This document shows positions 28,001 to 43,000 of a stretch of DNA of 64,000 nt, piece by piece. The translations under genes and the position numbers were made by a program. The stretch is taken from contig NC_092676.1 of NCBI RefSeq assembly GCF_964355755.1, forward strand, positions 21,718,871 to 21,782,870, written 5' to 3'. Below the pieces are notes generated by a model. That model had not been told where the DNA came from, made no database searches, and saw only the letters and a program-made list of their open reading frames with translations. This DNA comes from Antedon mediterranea (lineage: Eukaryota; Animalia; Echinodermata). How positions within the stretch are numbered: the first letter of the stretch is position 1; every line of letters starts with the position of its first letter.

Positions 28001-31000
28001 ACTTGACCAACACCGTAAACGTAGCAAATGAATCTTTCCGATTTCATAATAACTTGGTCACTGATAGGTTTTCTCCCAGGTCTTTAATTAGTTCATACCT
28101 TTTTTTAATACTTCCCATGCCGATGCCTTTGAGTGACCACTTAGATATGAGCAGTGAAGAGTTAAATTACTGTATGTATGTATTAATATAATTTAACTCT
28201 TCCCTGGATATGAGGTAGTATCGCATCCACTAATAGTGTGGAATGGAATCAGTGCTTTTGCAGAACCCTCGGGCAAGGCTTGAAAAATGTCTTTTATAGA
28301 TACTTTCTTTTTTTGGATGTCCCTGTCATCATCCATTTGGATACCATGCTTTGGTAGTGAGACACTAGAATCACTAGTACGTCTGTATCCCTAGAAGCAA
28401 CTACAACTGTGTCGTATCGGACATTGGCAGCATGACAAGTCTCGTGTCCGATTCTTCATGGTCTGACCAGAGACAACGTATTCGTGTACAATTTTGATGA
28501 TTTAACAACTGATTCTTTCATAAATCCACCAGCTGTGACAATTTCTTTGTCTATAGGAGCTTGACGAATCAACTCCTCTGATAGAAATCGTGTCAGATCT
28601 GCATTATTATCTTGTAATGCCAACAAGTTTGACCAGCAATTTGGCAGCGGTATTTCACCACTTTCTATAATTCGACGAATTGGTCTCTGTGTTTTGGTTC
28701 ATCTTTGTCTGGTGGTGTCCTTTATCGACAGTTTTAAGTTAGGCATGCCCTGTTTAAAAAAAAAAAAATTACCTCCAACAAGCGATGCAGTGCACCAGCA
28801 TCATATAAAAAGAGCACACTTCCAAGCACTCGTATTGAAAAAAGCTGTATCGCCAATCCAGCATTTGCCATCACCAACATATTTTGGTTGGGAGCTATCT
28901 AATGGTAAATTTCAACCAGTGCTTCTGAAAAATGAAGCTATTCCTACTGCTTCGTTAGAGATGATTTATTGTGGATGCAAGACACGATGCATAACCATAT
29001 AGATGTAGGTGCAAAAAGTCAAAACTACCATGTACAGCTTTAATATGCTACTGTAACAACGCTAAAGATGACGGAAACCTTTGCATGAATGATCAAAACT
29101 GATGCCCTTAACATGTTCATTCCCAATGTAGCTTACGTGTTCACTATTCTTTCAAACCTATACAATTATAATCCATCATATTGATGGCAGGTAATTTCCA
29201 AATTTCCAAATGTGGCTGACGTGTTCAAATTCTTTTTTAATTCTATAATCATAATCCATCATATTGATGGCTGGTACTATACAATCATAATCCATCATAT
29301 TGATGGCAGGTAATTTCCAAATGTAGCTGACGTGTTCAAATCCTTTTTTAAATCTATAATCATAATCCATCATATTGATGGCAGGTAATTTTCTAATGTA
29401 GCTTATGTGTTCAAATTCTTTTTTAAATCTATAATCATAATCCATCATATTGATGGCAGGTAATTTCCAAATGTAGCTGACATGTTCACATTTAAAAAAA
29501 TCTATAATCATACTCCATCATATTGATGGCAGGTAATTTTAAATTTCAACAAATGTAACTTGCGTGTTCAATTTTTTTTTAAATCTATATAAATCATAAC
29601 ACATCATATTTGATGGCAGTGAATTTTATAATTTTACTAATTATTATTGAGTATAAATAATTTCATAGTTATGCAATTATATTATATTATATTCAGTATA
29701 CAGTAGGCCTATGCTGTAGTTTAAAGGTCAATAACCATACTATCGGCCATTCTTGTACAAAATGTGCCATTAGACTGTATAGAAACACACATGTTTTAAA
29801 CAATTTAAAAAGAAAAAAAAATTCATAAGACCACAATTTTCAAAGTTATATTATTATTATATTATTATATTTGACTAATAGTTCAAAGGTCAATAGTTGT
29901 AGAATCGGCCATTTTTTGTAAAAACATTTCATTATAATAAATAAGAATGTATAGTCTCTGAACAATTTGAGCCCTATTTCGTGTCTCTCCGATTATTGGT
30001 TACTGAGATACGATAAATCAAGGTCAAAGGTCAAAATGTCAGAAATACGACTTGCATCAATTTTTTGAGAAAATGTGTCATTAAAGTGAATATAAAAACA
30101 TATATTTAAAACATTTTGACACCAAAATTAATTATCTGTGACTAGTGGTTCTCGAGATATAGGGTAATTATAAAAAATGGCCGCCATTTTTAATTATGCA
30201 AATTAAGGGCTTAGATGGCCGAATTTCGCTTGGGATCCGCCATATTCGTAATCAGCGAGGTCGAAATATCCTAAATCAAGTGGATCCCAGCTTCTACCCA
30301 AAAATGCTTCTTACATCATATTTCAGAGGAAATAGAACTTGTCTAAAAATGCACAAAACAAAACTCTGGCTTCTACACACCCTGACATGCACACCATACA
30401 AAACACTTGTGTTTACGTGTGTGGAAACATGTGATGTTTGCTATGTGATATGAACGGTGTACAGTAATGTATGAAAGTGCTTATAATACTGTATTATAAT
30501 TTATAAAAACGCTTAGTATGTCTTTATTCTACTTGTACTGCATGCATTTTCTGTTTATTATGTTTGATCTTTGGTATTAAGGAAGATTGACAGAATTTTC
30601 TATTTGCTTTTGCTGTGGTTCAGTCACTTTGATTGGCCATTATGTTATAAACATAATGTGTGTAAATATTTGTCTATGTCTAGTCATGGAGTTGACAATA
30701 ATGAGCTGTTGGTTATGGCATACAGTTGTTTGTGAAGAATAAAAAAATATTGCAAATTATAATGCCATTCAATGTTGACCAATAGTAGTACAGTACAGTA
30801 GCTAAGAGCAATATTGCTGTTAATTTTACCATTTACTACTACTGTACTGTATGTGAAAGGTGATACTGTATACTGAGGTACAGCAATTTACCACAGTACA
30901 GTATGGTGTACAGTATTTAAAAATTAATACCTGTACTACTAATAGCCCTGTATGAAGAAGCTTGGTGTACTAATATTTTCATGATAGAACTTTAGTTTCA

Positions 31001-34000
31001 GAAAAATAGAAGACAAAAATGATCTTTTATTTGGTACTGTTATCCTCTTTTCATGTCCCTCATTACTATTTTTTTGGGGGGTTCTTTGTATTGAATTCGT
31101 ATTATAAATAATACAGTATTAACCAAGTGTACTGTACTCTTTTGTATACGAACAGTTGGAATAAATACAACTTCGTTTAGTCCTCTATTTATTCACCAGA
31201 TCTATTGTGACTAGAGTGCTCGTCTGTAAACTGCTAAGTGCCCCAGCCTATTGTGTTTGGTATACAGATTGTAAAAACACAGCCATCAACCTGTTTCCCC
31301 AGTCTATTTGCCATGTACTTAAGGTTTGACATTGATTGATAAGGTACAATCAACATTGGCAATCTTCCACCATTATGTTGGCTGATATTTAACAGGACTT
31401 TGCACCACATTTTCAATAGCAAACCTCTCAAGCAATATCAAGTATTTTCATTTTATCAATTTATGTGCATGGTTGAATATCATTCATTTCTGCTATTTTC
31501 AATTAAACAAATAGATTGGTAGATATCTATTACTGGATGGAGGGTAAATCTACTTTTAATATTTGTGGTGAAACAATAAACATAATGTTATGAAATAGTT
31601 TGATTGACAGGCTGTCAGACTGGGGTGAGTGATCACCAACAATAAGTTCAGAGATTATAAGTACTTGGTGATACCTTGTGATGTTATCATAATTGCTAAT
31701 AGGGAACCAATAGACTGTTAGTGATACACTGATAGAGTTTATTATGAAAAACCATAAATTTGTATAGGCCACAATCTATGGTAGATAACTGTTAGAACTA
31801 TTTATACCTTGAGTGTGATTATATTATCAAAAGGCAAATGAGGCACTAACAAGTGTTTTCAAGTATAAGGACCATTAAATTCAAATCTTGAATGCAAAAT
31901 ATTTATCCAGTAGAACACTATTAAATGGATCGAACAAAGTGTCCCTTTAATAGGGATGTGTCTCCATATTAGGGGTTGGTCATTATGTTAAACATATTTG
32001 TCATTTGTTATTATCCCCTTACTGTATATACAGTAGTGGTCTGAACTGAATTAGTGTAGATATTTACTTACAGTTGGTGTTTTGGAGCAGTACTGTATGA
32101 GTAGTCTATGGTTCAATAGGTTACTTTCTCCAGCCTAATTTTAATTCAACACACACCCAAGCAACACCTAATAACTGAATACACGTTCTTATCTACACAT
32201 TACTTTTTGACACCCACCATCATTATCCCTCACTAGCTAAGCTACATAAACTCAATTTGCATGATTGTTTTGTTTTTTGCAGAGAGTGAATACATCGTTA
32301 CACAGGATATTTCCAATCCAGATGGCATAGCTGTTGATTGGATCTCCCGCAACCTCTACTGGACGGACACCGGCAACAACAGGATTGAAGTCTCTCGTTT
32401 AAATGGAACCTCGCGGCTTATTCTGATCGACGATAATTTGGACGAACCAAGAGCTATTGCTGTTGATCCGGAAGATGGGTACGTATACAATATTTTTTTT
32501 AAACATTTTTTCTAGTTTTAGTTTATTTTGGACGTGGAGATATATAATTACAAATCTAAATGGAAGGAGGCAGGAACTCAAAAAGATACTTAATCTTACA
32601 CACGGAAGGACAAAGGCAGGATAAATCAACCCAAAAACCAGTACAGTACGCTAGAAGGAGCCGAGGATATTTGGTGTTTGATGGTGGTGGTATGGATGGG
32701 AGGTGCAAAGTACATAATAATTTTAATAATAATTAAAAGATATTTGTTTTTTTAGCTTATTAGAAAACAAGTATCAGTTGATATCGTTAAATATATTTGG
32801 AAATAAAGGGTCGGGCTTCATTTTCAACTGGAATCATGTTATTTCATTTTTTTTCCTACAGATATATGTACTGGACAGATTGGGGTGAAGATAATCCAAA
32901 AATAGAACGTGCAGCACTGGATGGCAGTGATCGTAAAGTTCTCATCAATACGTCATTAAACTGGCCAAATGGAATCGCGGTCGATTACGAGCAGCGAAGA
33001 ATCTACTGGGGTGATGCTCTTACAGACAGAATCGAGAGCGCCAATTTGGACGGTAGTGACAGAAAAATACTGGTAGACGATTCGGATACGCCGCATATAT
33101 TTGGTTTTAGTCTTCTTGGTATGTGTAAAATACTGATACTGTCATAAATAAAAAAAACTATAATAAATAAATATTACAGAATTTCTTATTTAATTCTGAA
33201 CCACTAGACTACTCAACAATCATTCCACTCATGCCCATTTTTTTCTGAGAATGTGCAGAAAAACTTTTTGACTCAATATCATAATTTAGAGTGATAATTT
33301 AGAATGTTGTTCACAACACAGTAGCATTTAGTGTGATGGAGGAGTATTTAAAAGTCATACAAAAGTTATATATCTAAATGGATTTAACTAGATTACTGTT
33401 AATTAGCAGTCATCATGAAATTTGAATGTGCTGTATGTCTTGTTACAGTCATCACCATATCTTTATAGATTTGTATTATAATGTTGCCAGTAAAGATATG
33501 CTATGTTTATGTATAAATCGATTGTCTATTGCAAGTGTATAACAGTGCCTAAAGCTTGTGTCATCTATATGATAATTTTTGCCGTTCATGTATTAATTCC
33601 TTTCACACTTTCTTTCATCGCAGGTGATTATGTGTATTGGACAGATTGGCAACGACGATGCATCGAACGCGTGAATAAATACACCGGTAAAGACCGTGAG
33701 CTCATAATTGATGCGCTCCCGGATTTGATGGGTCTCAAGGCGATAAATCTTGAGAAGAAATCAGGTAAGAAAATGAAAATCATATCATAGCATAACTTAA
33801 TATGTTTGTTTGTTTTTCAAGCAGTATGGCATTGTAGTGAACAACTCTGAATTTAGTATTTAGTTAATTTTCAACTGGAATTTAAAGAAAATTTACTAGT
33901 TGGCTAGGGTGAATTTTAAATGATCATTTCAAAATTATTTCTCATCTCTTTTGTTAATAGTTTATTTGTGTTGAAGATTTTAATAATGTTTACAAATTAT

Positions 34001-37000
34001 TTTATTAGGAGTAAACCCATGTAGCAACGACAATGCAGGCTGTAGTCACTTGTGTCTGTACAAACACTCGGCCACCGTCTGTATGTGTCCACGTGGACTA
34101 GAGTTGCACGCTGATAAAAAGACATGCATCGTACCTGAAGCTTTTCTCGTCTTCCTTCGTCGAAATATTGGTCTTCGTCGAATCGCTCTAGAGACCAACA
34201 ACAGTGATGTTGCGATACCGGTGGTAGGGGCACGTGAAGGATCAACACTTGATTTTGACTTTGTAGGGGATCGGATCTATTGGGCTAACAGCAAAACTGG
34301 GGTAAATATAATATTATTTTTATTTTGGAATCTCTATGGATTTGAAATGACCTAGGCCCTATGCATTATTTTGTTCCAGTTTGTCGCATGAATGCACTCT
34401 TCTCCTGTCCTAGCATGTTACAAGCTATTAAATTCAGTATTACACTTGTAGTAATAATTCAATATTTCTGCCATACATTCTGTGCGATCAAGGGTTGTGT
34501 GTTGCAATTATATGATGTTAATTTTTAATGCTATAATAATCATTTACAGGAAATAATGACAGCATTTATGAATGGTAGTGGCTTTGAGCTTGTCATTGAG
34601 TACGGGCTACGATTCCCAGAAGACCTTGCTGTTGATTGGACTGGTAAGAACTTATATTGGACTGACTCTGGCAAAGATTGTATCGAAGTATCTCGACTTG
34701 ATGGCACATCTAGGCGTGTGCTCATCTGGAAAGATGTGGAGGCGCCAACTAGCTTAGCTCTTGACCCGCTAGCTGGGTAAGTTGCTGAACATTTCATTGT
34801 AGTTTGTTAGTTATCAATCAATATTTTCATGATTCCGGATGTTTTCCTAAAAATTATGGCATTCCTGCTCGACTATTGTTTTGTAGTTAGGAATATATAG
34901 TATAAACCTCTCCTTTGGGACACCTTTATAAAGTGAGCACTTTACTATGATACACTATTGTGGGAAAGTGTATGTTCTGACACTATGGCAACTTCTATTC
35001 AGAGTGACACCCCTATTAAAGCTTGGTTCCTACTAGGACGCAGCACAAAGGACATTAGTGCAATGCAAGTGAGTTGACCAATGGCAAGCGACAGTTTAAA
35101 TTGTCCATTGCTTGTGATTAGTGCGCTTATGACTTTTCATTGCGGTATAATGGGAACCAAGCATAAGATTGTCCCGAGTGTTCCTTTAAAGTTCTATTGT
35201 ATGTTTAAACTGAGGAATGTTGTAATTCGTTCATCATACGTTACTTTTCAGATACATGTATTGGAGTGAATGGAGTAACCGGTATCGTATAGCAAGGGCA
35301 CACATGGATGGTACTAACCTGACGATTTTAATGTATGTAGAAGGGCGGGCTAATGGACTGACCATAGACTACCAGGCTAGGAAACTCTTTTGGGTTGACT
35401 TGGATCTTAGCGAGATTTATTCAGCAGACTTGGATGGTAAGTGGCCAGAGTTAGGCTTATATGCCAAATAACCTCTGCCTAAGCACAACAGATTAGCCTA
35501 GGTACATAAATCAGCCTTTAGGCCCAATAGAATTGGCCTAAATCCTATAGAATGCCTAGGTACAAACTTTTTACTAATTTGAAAATTAATTTACTCCAAA
35601 ATGTTTGAAAAGGTCAATATATTTTCTTGAAATTGTATGGTATATAGTAAATCAAAGATGTGTGTTTGATTTTATTTGCAATCAAATAATGGACCCTGTC
35701 AAAATTATTTTACTTCAGTTACTGCAGTAACATTTTGTTGACGCTTTAATTTTTTTATGTGATTAGCAAACTGTTTAATGCAATGACAGTTTCTACATTG
35801 GAATTAAAATTATATCGGTATTGCAGTGAACAAAATTGAGTTACTGCACTAAATTATTATTGATCCAAAATGGTGACAACAAGAAAAATATGAAGTTTAT
35901 TATTCACAGAAAATAACGTTTCTATGTACATTACCTGCTGTATTTGTTATATTTCGGTTTTAACTAAAAAAGTATTGATACCATATATTTGATCCTGACC
36001 GGCAAAGCCATTTATAACTAGTGTTGTTATTTTTCAGTGTGAAAAGTTATAATACAGCTTTGTTGTTACTCACTAGGCTATTGTTCAATCACTATAGGCT
36101 ATTGTTAATATGTGGGTCAGGTTGTGAAAAAAAGCTATGCCATACTTAACTAATATCAATTGAATTTAATTCTTTTTTATCTTGTTCTTATTAGGGAGTA
36201 ATATAATACAAGTCGTACAGGACGATATAACCAATCCCTTTGGACTAACCCAATACAATGAATTTATTTACTGGGCCGATTTGTCGGCGATGACTATTGA
36301 GCGAGCTAACAAGACCAGTGGAGGAGGACGTGAGATTATCCAAGGGCAACAAGACAATGTGCTCGACATCAAAGTTTTTCACAAGTCCCGCCAAGCAGGT
36401 TGGTGACACAAATTTTGAACTTATTAAATTAAAAATGTTGTCCCAAGTGAACAGTTGAATTTGTGAAAGAATCATTGACTGTATGTTGGTAGTCTCTGAA
36501 GGTGTTATATAATTACACAGACAGATTCACACTATCGCAAGCTAAACGATTGCAGGCTGCATGATAATTCTGCACTTTTTCTCTCGATTCAATACTTTAT
36601 TTAATCTTTTTGCGTAATCATGCTTTATTTTCTATATCTAGGGGGAGGGTAAATATTACTAAAAATGGTTATTGTTATACCACTCACTATGTAAAGTTGA
36701 TCGATTTGTTGATATTTTTTTTTTATTCACTTGCTTGTTTCCGTCACAAGGTTTTGTCTAATGTCAGTAATATCTAAATGTTGTCTTGTTATCTGTTGAT
36801 TTTTGCTTGTATATATTATATTATTTTATGCCTTTCAACCCTGTTAATGGTGACGTTTGGTCACTGTAGGGTGATGATGAAATAAAATTAATTGTTAATA
36901 ATTATTTTCTTTGAAATAGGAATCAACAGGTGCAATTCCAACAATGGTGGTTGCTCCGATTTGTGCCTTTCACATCCGGATGGATTTAGGTGCATGTGTG

Positions 37001-40000
37001 CTACACACCACACATTGAACGCAGATAACCGTACATGTTCACGTAAGTTTTCTAAGATTAATTTAAATACATATACAGTAGAATCCCTATTAAGAAGACA
37101 CCTTTGAGACCCTGTCTCCTTAATAGGGGTGTTCTAAAAAAAGGGGTTCTGATAGGCCACATTAAAGATGTATTGTCATATAAAACGGAAAAAATGATAA
37201 TAATAATTATCAAACAAGATGGTTAATTTGTGTATGACTGAGTAGTGAGTGCGACTTTTAACTAGCGTATCCGATTGGTCGATTTGATGCAGCCATATTC
37301 AATGGTCCCTACCCATGGTGGTTCGCTTTTTGGGCTGTGAATATGTTGGATTTTACTCTCTAGTTATAACATAATAATTCTATTCCTGATGCTTAGTAAC
37401 TTGTTTGTATTAAAAAAAATGACAACATTAATTTTTTTGATTATTCAATTTTATTTACAGCTCCTGAAGCATTTCTTGTCTACAGTCAAAGGGATTCTTT
37501 AAACCGATTGCTGTTTGATTTTGACGAACCAGATATTGTTCTACCAATCAGTGAAACCGAGGGGGTGAGGGCGATAGAGTATGATTACCAAGCAGGATAC
37601 GTGTTCTGGATCGATCGTAAAAATAAGGAAATAAAACGATCAAGAAGTAATGGTGTTGAAGTAAGTAACTGTTAAGCGTGGTTCCCACTAGAACGTAACG
37701 TAGCGACGTATTGACGCAAAGTGATGTATTGTGTAATCACAAGTGGGAACCGACGACGCAACAGTGCTGCAAAAATGACAGGTTTGATTTCACGCAGGCG
37801 GGGGAAAACACAATTATTAGAAGGGCATTTTCTTACGTTGCGTCGCTAGTGGGAACCAAGCTTTAATAAACAATAAGTAAATGGCATTCCTTATATGGCT
37901 GCCATTGCCGCACGGTTAAATTGACCAAGGCCAACCGTTATTTTACACACCCCTGCCTGCCTTTAATACATAGTTTTCATACTCATGGTAAAACAATGTG
38001 AATTTAGGATTAAAACAATAAATAAAGACTTTTTAAAGGTTGTGGGCTAGATAAAAAAATTAGTTAGTTTAGTTATTTAATTATGTTTATCATTTTATTC
38101 ATTTAGCCCAAATCGTTGGTAAAAGTTGACAAATTCACTCCATATGACATGGCATTTGAACCGTACAGTCGACTTATATTCTGGACTTGTGAACCGTGCA
38201 ACCAAATCAACGTCGTCCGCGAGAATGGTTCGTCGATGGGATTCGTTATGAAAGATCCTAACAAGAACCCAAGGAGCATTGCGTTATTACCGTTAAGAGG
38301 GTGAGTGAGAAAATGAGGCAAGGTACATTCAGGCTTTTAATGATTGAATGAAATAATGATGTAGGATGTAAGAAATGAACAAAACAAATACAAAACATTA
38401 ATTATTTGTTTTATAATAAAGTAAACAATAATTCCAAAAAGAATTTGGAACTCCCATTTCATAGAATGACCTCGGTTACAGATAGGTTTTCCATCTCACC
38501 TACATTTAAAATATGCACCAAAGATTTTGAAAAATGTGTGGGTGGGGATGTAAAGCGCTGGGGTGGAGGAAAAGTGTTGAAGCGGAGGAAAAGTGTTGGG
38601 GTAGCCCTTCTAGGCTGAACATCTCTGTCAGTACCTGTTATTTGGCATCAAATTACTGCAAATTATATACCTAACAAATTCTATTCCATAAAATGTATTT
38701 GTAGGCTAATGTTCTGGACCAATATAAAAGAAAGCAAATCAGCCACTTTAGAGATGGCAACTATTGATGGTGATATGCACAAAGAACTGATAAACACTGG
38801 CATATATCAGCCAGGCCCTATCACAGCTGATGCGGAATCTGACCGAGTTTACTGGTTTGAAGACAGAACCGGTAACATTAAATATGTTAATATTAATAGT
38901 AAGTAAATATTGCCAAAATGAATGTATACATAATTTCAGTATCATGATCAATTGAGAAAAATGGCTAAAGATCTGTCTACGCTATCAAACTTTATGTGAC
39001 AAAAAAAATGTGATGTACCCATATATGGACATGATAATACCATATTTAAGAATATCACTACCATATTTGGGCACGTCACAATTTTGTTGTCAAACTAGTT
39101 TGATAGTGTAGACAGAACTTAACAGGCATCTATAATTTATTTGTGTTCTGCATTTATGGGTTACATAATAATATATATATAACATATAATATATAAATTG
39201 TCTTACAGCTGGTGACAGTGGTAAGATAGTCGATGACCTTGTGTTAGTTTCAGGTCTGACTGTTTACAGAAATTACATTTATTGGGTGGATAAACAACTT
39301 AAACAGATAATGCGTGCCGACAAATATTCTGGAGAAGACAGACAAACCATGCTTGGACGTATTGATCACCTGACAGACATCCTTGCTGTTAAAAGACCGG
39401 AAGATCGTAAGTCTATGATGATTTTTACTTTCATATATAGAATCCCAATTAAGAACACATAAGGGACACTATCAGGACAGGACTAGATTTTTTCACTTTG
39501 ACTTGACATTGAGTGTACCAATATGTCGGTGTGATGTGTACGGATTGTTTTATATTTATAGCGAACCAGCCATGTTCCCGTAGAAATGGACAATGTTCGC
39601 ACTTTTGCATCCCAACCGGTATGGGCACTGCACGTTGCTCCTGTCCCAGTCATCTAAATCTCCATGAGGATGAAGAACAGTGTATTGGTAAGTAACAAGT
39701 CTGCCGAATCTGAAGTAAACCCCATATATGGATTTTATACATGACAAAGGGCTACATAATATATAGGTTATGTTCACTCCTAAGGTGGTGAATGCATACC
39801 CCATGTGATGTTTCACAATAACCGTGATATTTCAAACAGTCAATGTTATGTAGAGACTACTATGGACAAAAAAAATTACATTTTCCAAAATTTGCAACTT
39901 ATTATTGAATATAGATGATGCCTAAGGTATAAAATACATGAATACAGTTTTAAATTTTTAAAATCTTTTGTTAGGCCATTCTTTCAGAAATTCTCCCGAT

Positions 40001-43000
40001 ATTTCACTTTACCTAGTTAATACATCTATTAAAGTATATGAAGCCATGTTATCTTGATATAACTCTTATATAACTTATTTTGATAGATCCACTTACGTGT
40101 GCCCCAGATAATTTTGCGTGTAAATCCGGTGATGTTGAATGCGTTCCAAAGACTTGGCTTTGTGATACCGATCCTGACTGTGAAGATGGCAGTGATGAAA
40201 TAGGATGTGGTAAGAGTCGCAGTTTTTTTGGGGGGGAATTCTTTTTTTTAGGTTTTAGAATGGACTTGGACTAGACTAGAATTCTCATGGAGTCTCCAGA
40301 ATTCTCTTGGAATGTCAAGAATTCTATTGGAGTCTTCACAATTCCCTTTGAGTTTACACAATTCTATTGGAGTTTTCAGAACTCTTTTGGAGTTTTCAGA
40401 ACTCTTTTGGAGTTTTCAGAATTCTTTTGGAGTTTTCAGAATTCTCTTGGAGTTTTTAGAACTCTCTTGGAGTTTTCAGAATTCTCTAAGATTTTTCAAG
40501 ATTCTTATTGAGTCCTGAATTCACTTGGAATTTCCCGAATTCTCTTGGAGTTTTCAGAACTCTCTTGGAATTTTCACAATTCTCTTGGAGTTTTCACAAT
40601 TCTCTTTGAGTTTTCACAATTCTCTTTGAGTTTTCACAATTCTCTTGGTGTTTTCACAATTCTCTTGGAATTTCCAGAATTCTCTTTGGAGTTTTCACAA
40701 TTCTCTTGGAATTTCCAGATTTCTCTCAGCTCAAAAATGTATTATAACTATAATATTGTTTTTCTAGATTTGTGTGCCGACGATGAATTTGCGTGCGACA
40801 ATGGAGTGTGCATTCCTGAGAAATTCCAATGCAATGATGATTTTGACTGTGATGACGGATCTGATGAAGACGATTGTTTGAAACCGTGCAAGAGCTTCCA
40901 GTTTGCCTGCAAGAACAAACTGTGTGTTGATTCTGATGCCTATTGTAACGGTTTCTTTGATTGCCCTGACAAGAGCGATGAGTTCAATTGTACAGGTAAT
41001 TTGATGTGTTGGTTATTTATGTTGAATTCTTTTTTTATACATATATGGAATGGTAGCAAGCATGTTTCAACAAACCTAAAGCTCTGTTTACACTATCAAA
41101 CTAGTTTTACAAAAAAAGTAGTGATGTGCCCAAATATGGTAGTGATATGACATCATGTCCATATTATGGGCACATCACATTTTTTATTACATAAGTTTTG
41201 ATAGTGTAGACATAGCTTTAGGCTTTTGTCTTTTCTCTGACCGTAGTACCAGGATTTTTCTCATGGCCAAAACTAATAATAGAGGTTACTATATAAATAC
41301 AATATTTTTTATTTATTAGTATGTAATGTTTAGGCAACTGAATAATAAAAAAAACATTGGTTTTATTTTCTTCAGTAAGAAGTGATTCAATTCATCAAAA
41401 ACCAATCACAAAAGAAGTTCTAGTTTCTGTTGTCATTTTTGGCTTTGTTATACTCGCTGTTGTCATAGTTACCGTCGTATGTTGCAAACGTAGAAATCGC
41501 AGTGAATCGCTGGACAACCGGAGGTACGACAGCGCCAGTCAGCATAACCTGTCCACGGTTCTGGTCCTCAACCAACTCAACAAAGAACAAACAACTCGTA
41601 AATATTTAACATGTAAGTTGTAAAGATTTTGTTGTCATATCATGTTCTTACTTGAATCTTACTTGAATCTTCGGGCTCTTGATTAAGGCAAATGCCTTTT
41701 AAACGCCCTCCATTTCTTCTGTATTTATCTAGAATTGGTAGCAAAATTTATCTCCCATTGCTCTGTCTTTGTTTAGTTGATCCTTGAATGCATTTATGTT
41801 TTCTGCTTGTACTGTAGTGTGGTATAGATTGTTCCATGTGTTGACGATTCTACATGAAAAGGAGTGGCTTCTGATTTTCAGTCGGGCTCTTGGCTTTCTT
41901 AATTTGAATTGATGGCCCCTTGTTCTACTGTCCTCTCTAAAGTCAAAAAAGGTTTCGGCTTCAATATCATCCAAGCCCTTGATAATTTTAAACACTTGTA
42001 TAATGTCCGCTCTCCTTCTTCTGTAATTCAGTGTAGGTAATCCAAGCTCTTTTAATCTCTGATCGTAAGATTTATCTCTTAACTTTTTGACAATTTTAGT
42101 GGCCCTACGCTGCACTCTTTCAAGCTTATCCAAATCACCTTTTAGGAGAGGGTACCATATACAGCTTGCGTATTCCAGATGAGGTCGAATTATACTTTTA
42201 TAAAGGGGCAGGAACATATCCTTATCCATGTAAGCAAAAGATCGCCTTACCAATCCAATGAGTCTATTTGCTTTATTTACAGCTTCATTCGTATGTAGTG
42301 AAAATTTTAAAGACTGATCAAAAGTAACTCCAAGGTCCTTTTCAGTATTGGCATTTGGCAGATCCTCGTCACCTTCCTCTGTTGGCATAGTGAATTGCAT
42401 TTGTGGATTTGAATTTCCATAATGTATTACTTTACATTTATTAATGTTGAATTTCAGCTGCCATCTTTTAGACCAATCGGATAATGCCTTGAGATCATTT
42501 TGAACAGTATCATTTCTGTTTTCATACACAACATTAAACATCTTAGTGTCATCTGCAAACATCCATACTTTAGATTTAACTGCATCAGGTAGGTCGTTTA
42601 TGAAAATGATAAATAATAAAGGGCCTAACACGCTGCCTTGAGGGACTCCGCTTTTAACCGTAGACCATTCAGAAAATGCTGCGGCCACTCTAACTCTTTG
42701 TTTCCTCCCTGTCAAAAATTGATGTATCCATCTCAGTAGGTTTCCTTTTATTCCGTACGCTTCCAATTTTGTTATTAATCTCTGGTGGGGGATAGAATCG
42801 AATGCCTTACTAAAATCCAAATATACAGCATCAAAGTTTTCTCCCGCATCCAGCAATTTCGTCCATTCTTCCATCACCTCCAGCAATTGTGTGACGCAAG
42901 ATCTACCTTTCCGAAACCCATGCTGTGCTTTTATAATAAGGTTTCTATCATTTAGAAACTGTATAATTTTGTCTCTCACAATTGATTCCAAAAGTTTGCA

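Larger units (their letters stand above)
26167..30345 (-). mobile_element. Academ (AcademX-type) DNA transposon derivative forming a giant palindrome in LRP5/6 intron 5
   Basis: Termini are TAGacaggttccattt / aaatagaacttgtCTA with AAA on both sides (3-bp TSD). Near-identical inverted arms lie at about 26210-27972 and about 28755-30312. The minus-strand centre encodes decayed XPG/FEN1-like motifs ([33 protein letters not shown]). Both arms encode [29 protein letters not shown] (Cys-rich tail). Confidence 0.8.

Noticed and set aside
27727-29002. Two divergent paralogous host genes with CXC/tesmin-like domains
   Set aside because: They are mirror-image decayed fragments of one Academ transposase inside the palindrome arms.
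29176-29511. 111-aa repetitive ORF ([12 protein letters not shown])
   Set aside because: It is a translation of the minisatellite with no other coding evidence.
40287-40767. ORFs rich in [14 protein letters not shown] repeats
   Set aside because: They are a by-product of a 20-bp repeat lacking stops; only 40768-40995 is a real LDLa exon.
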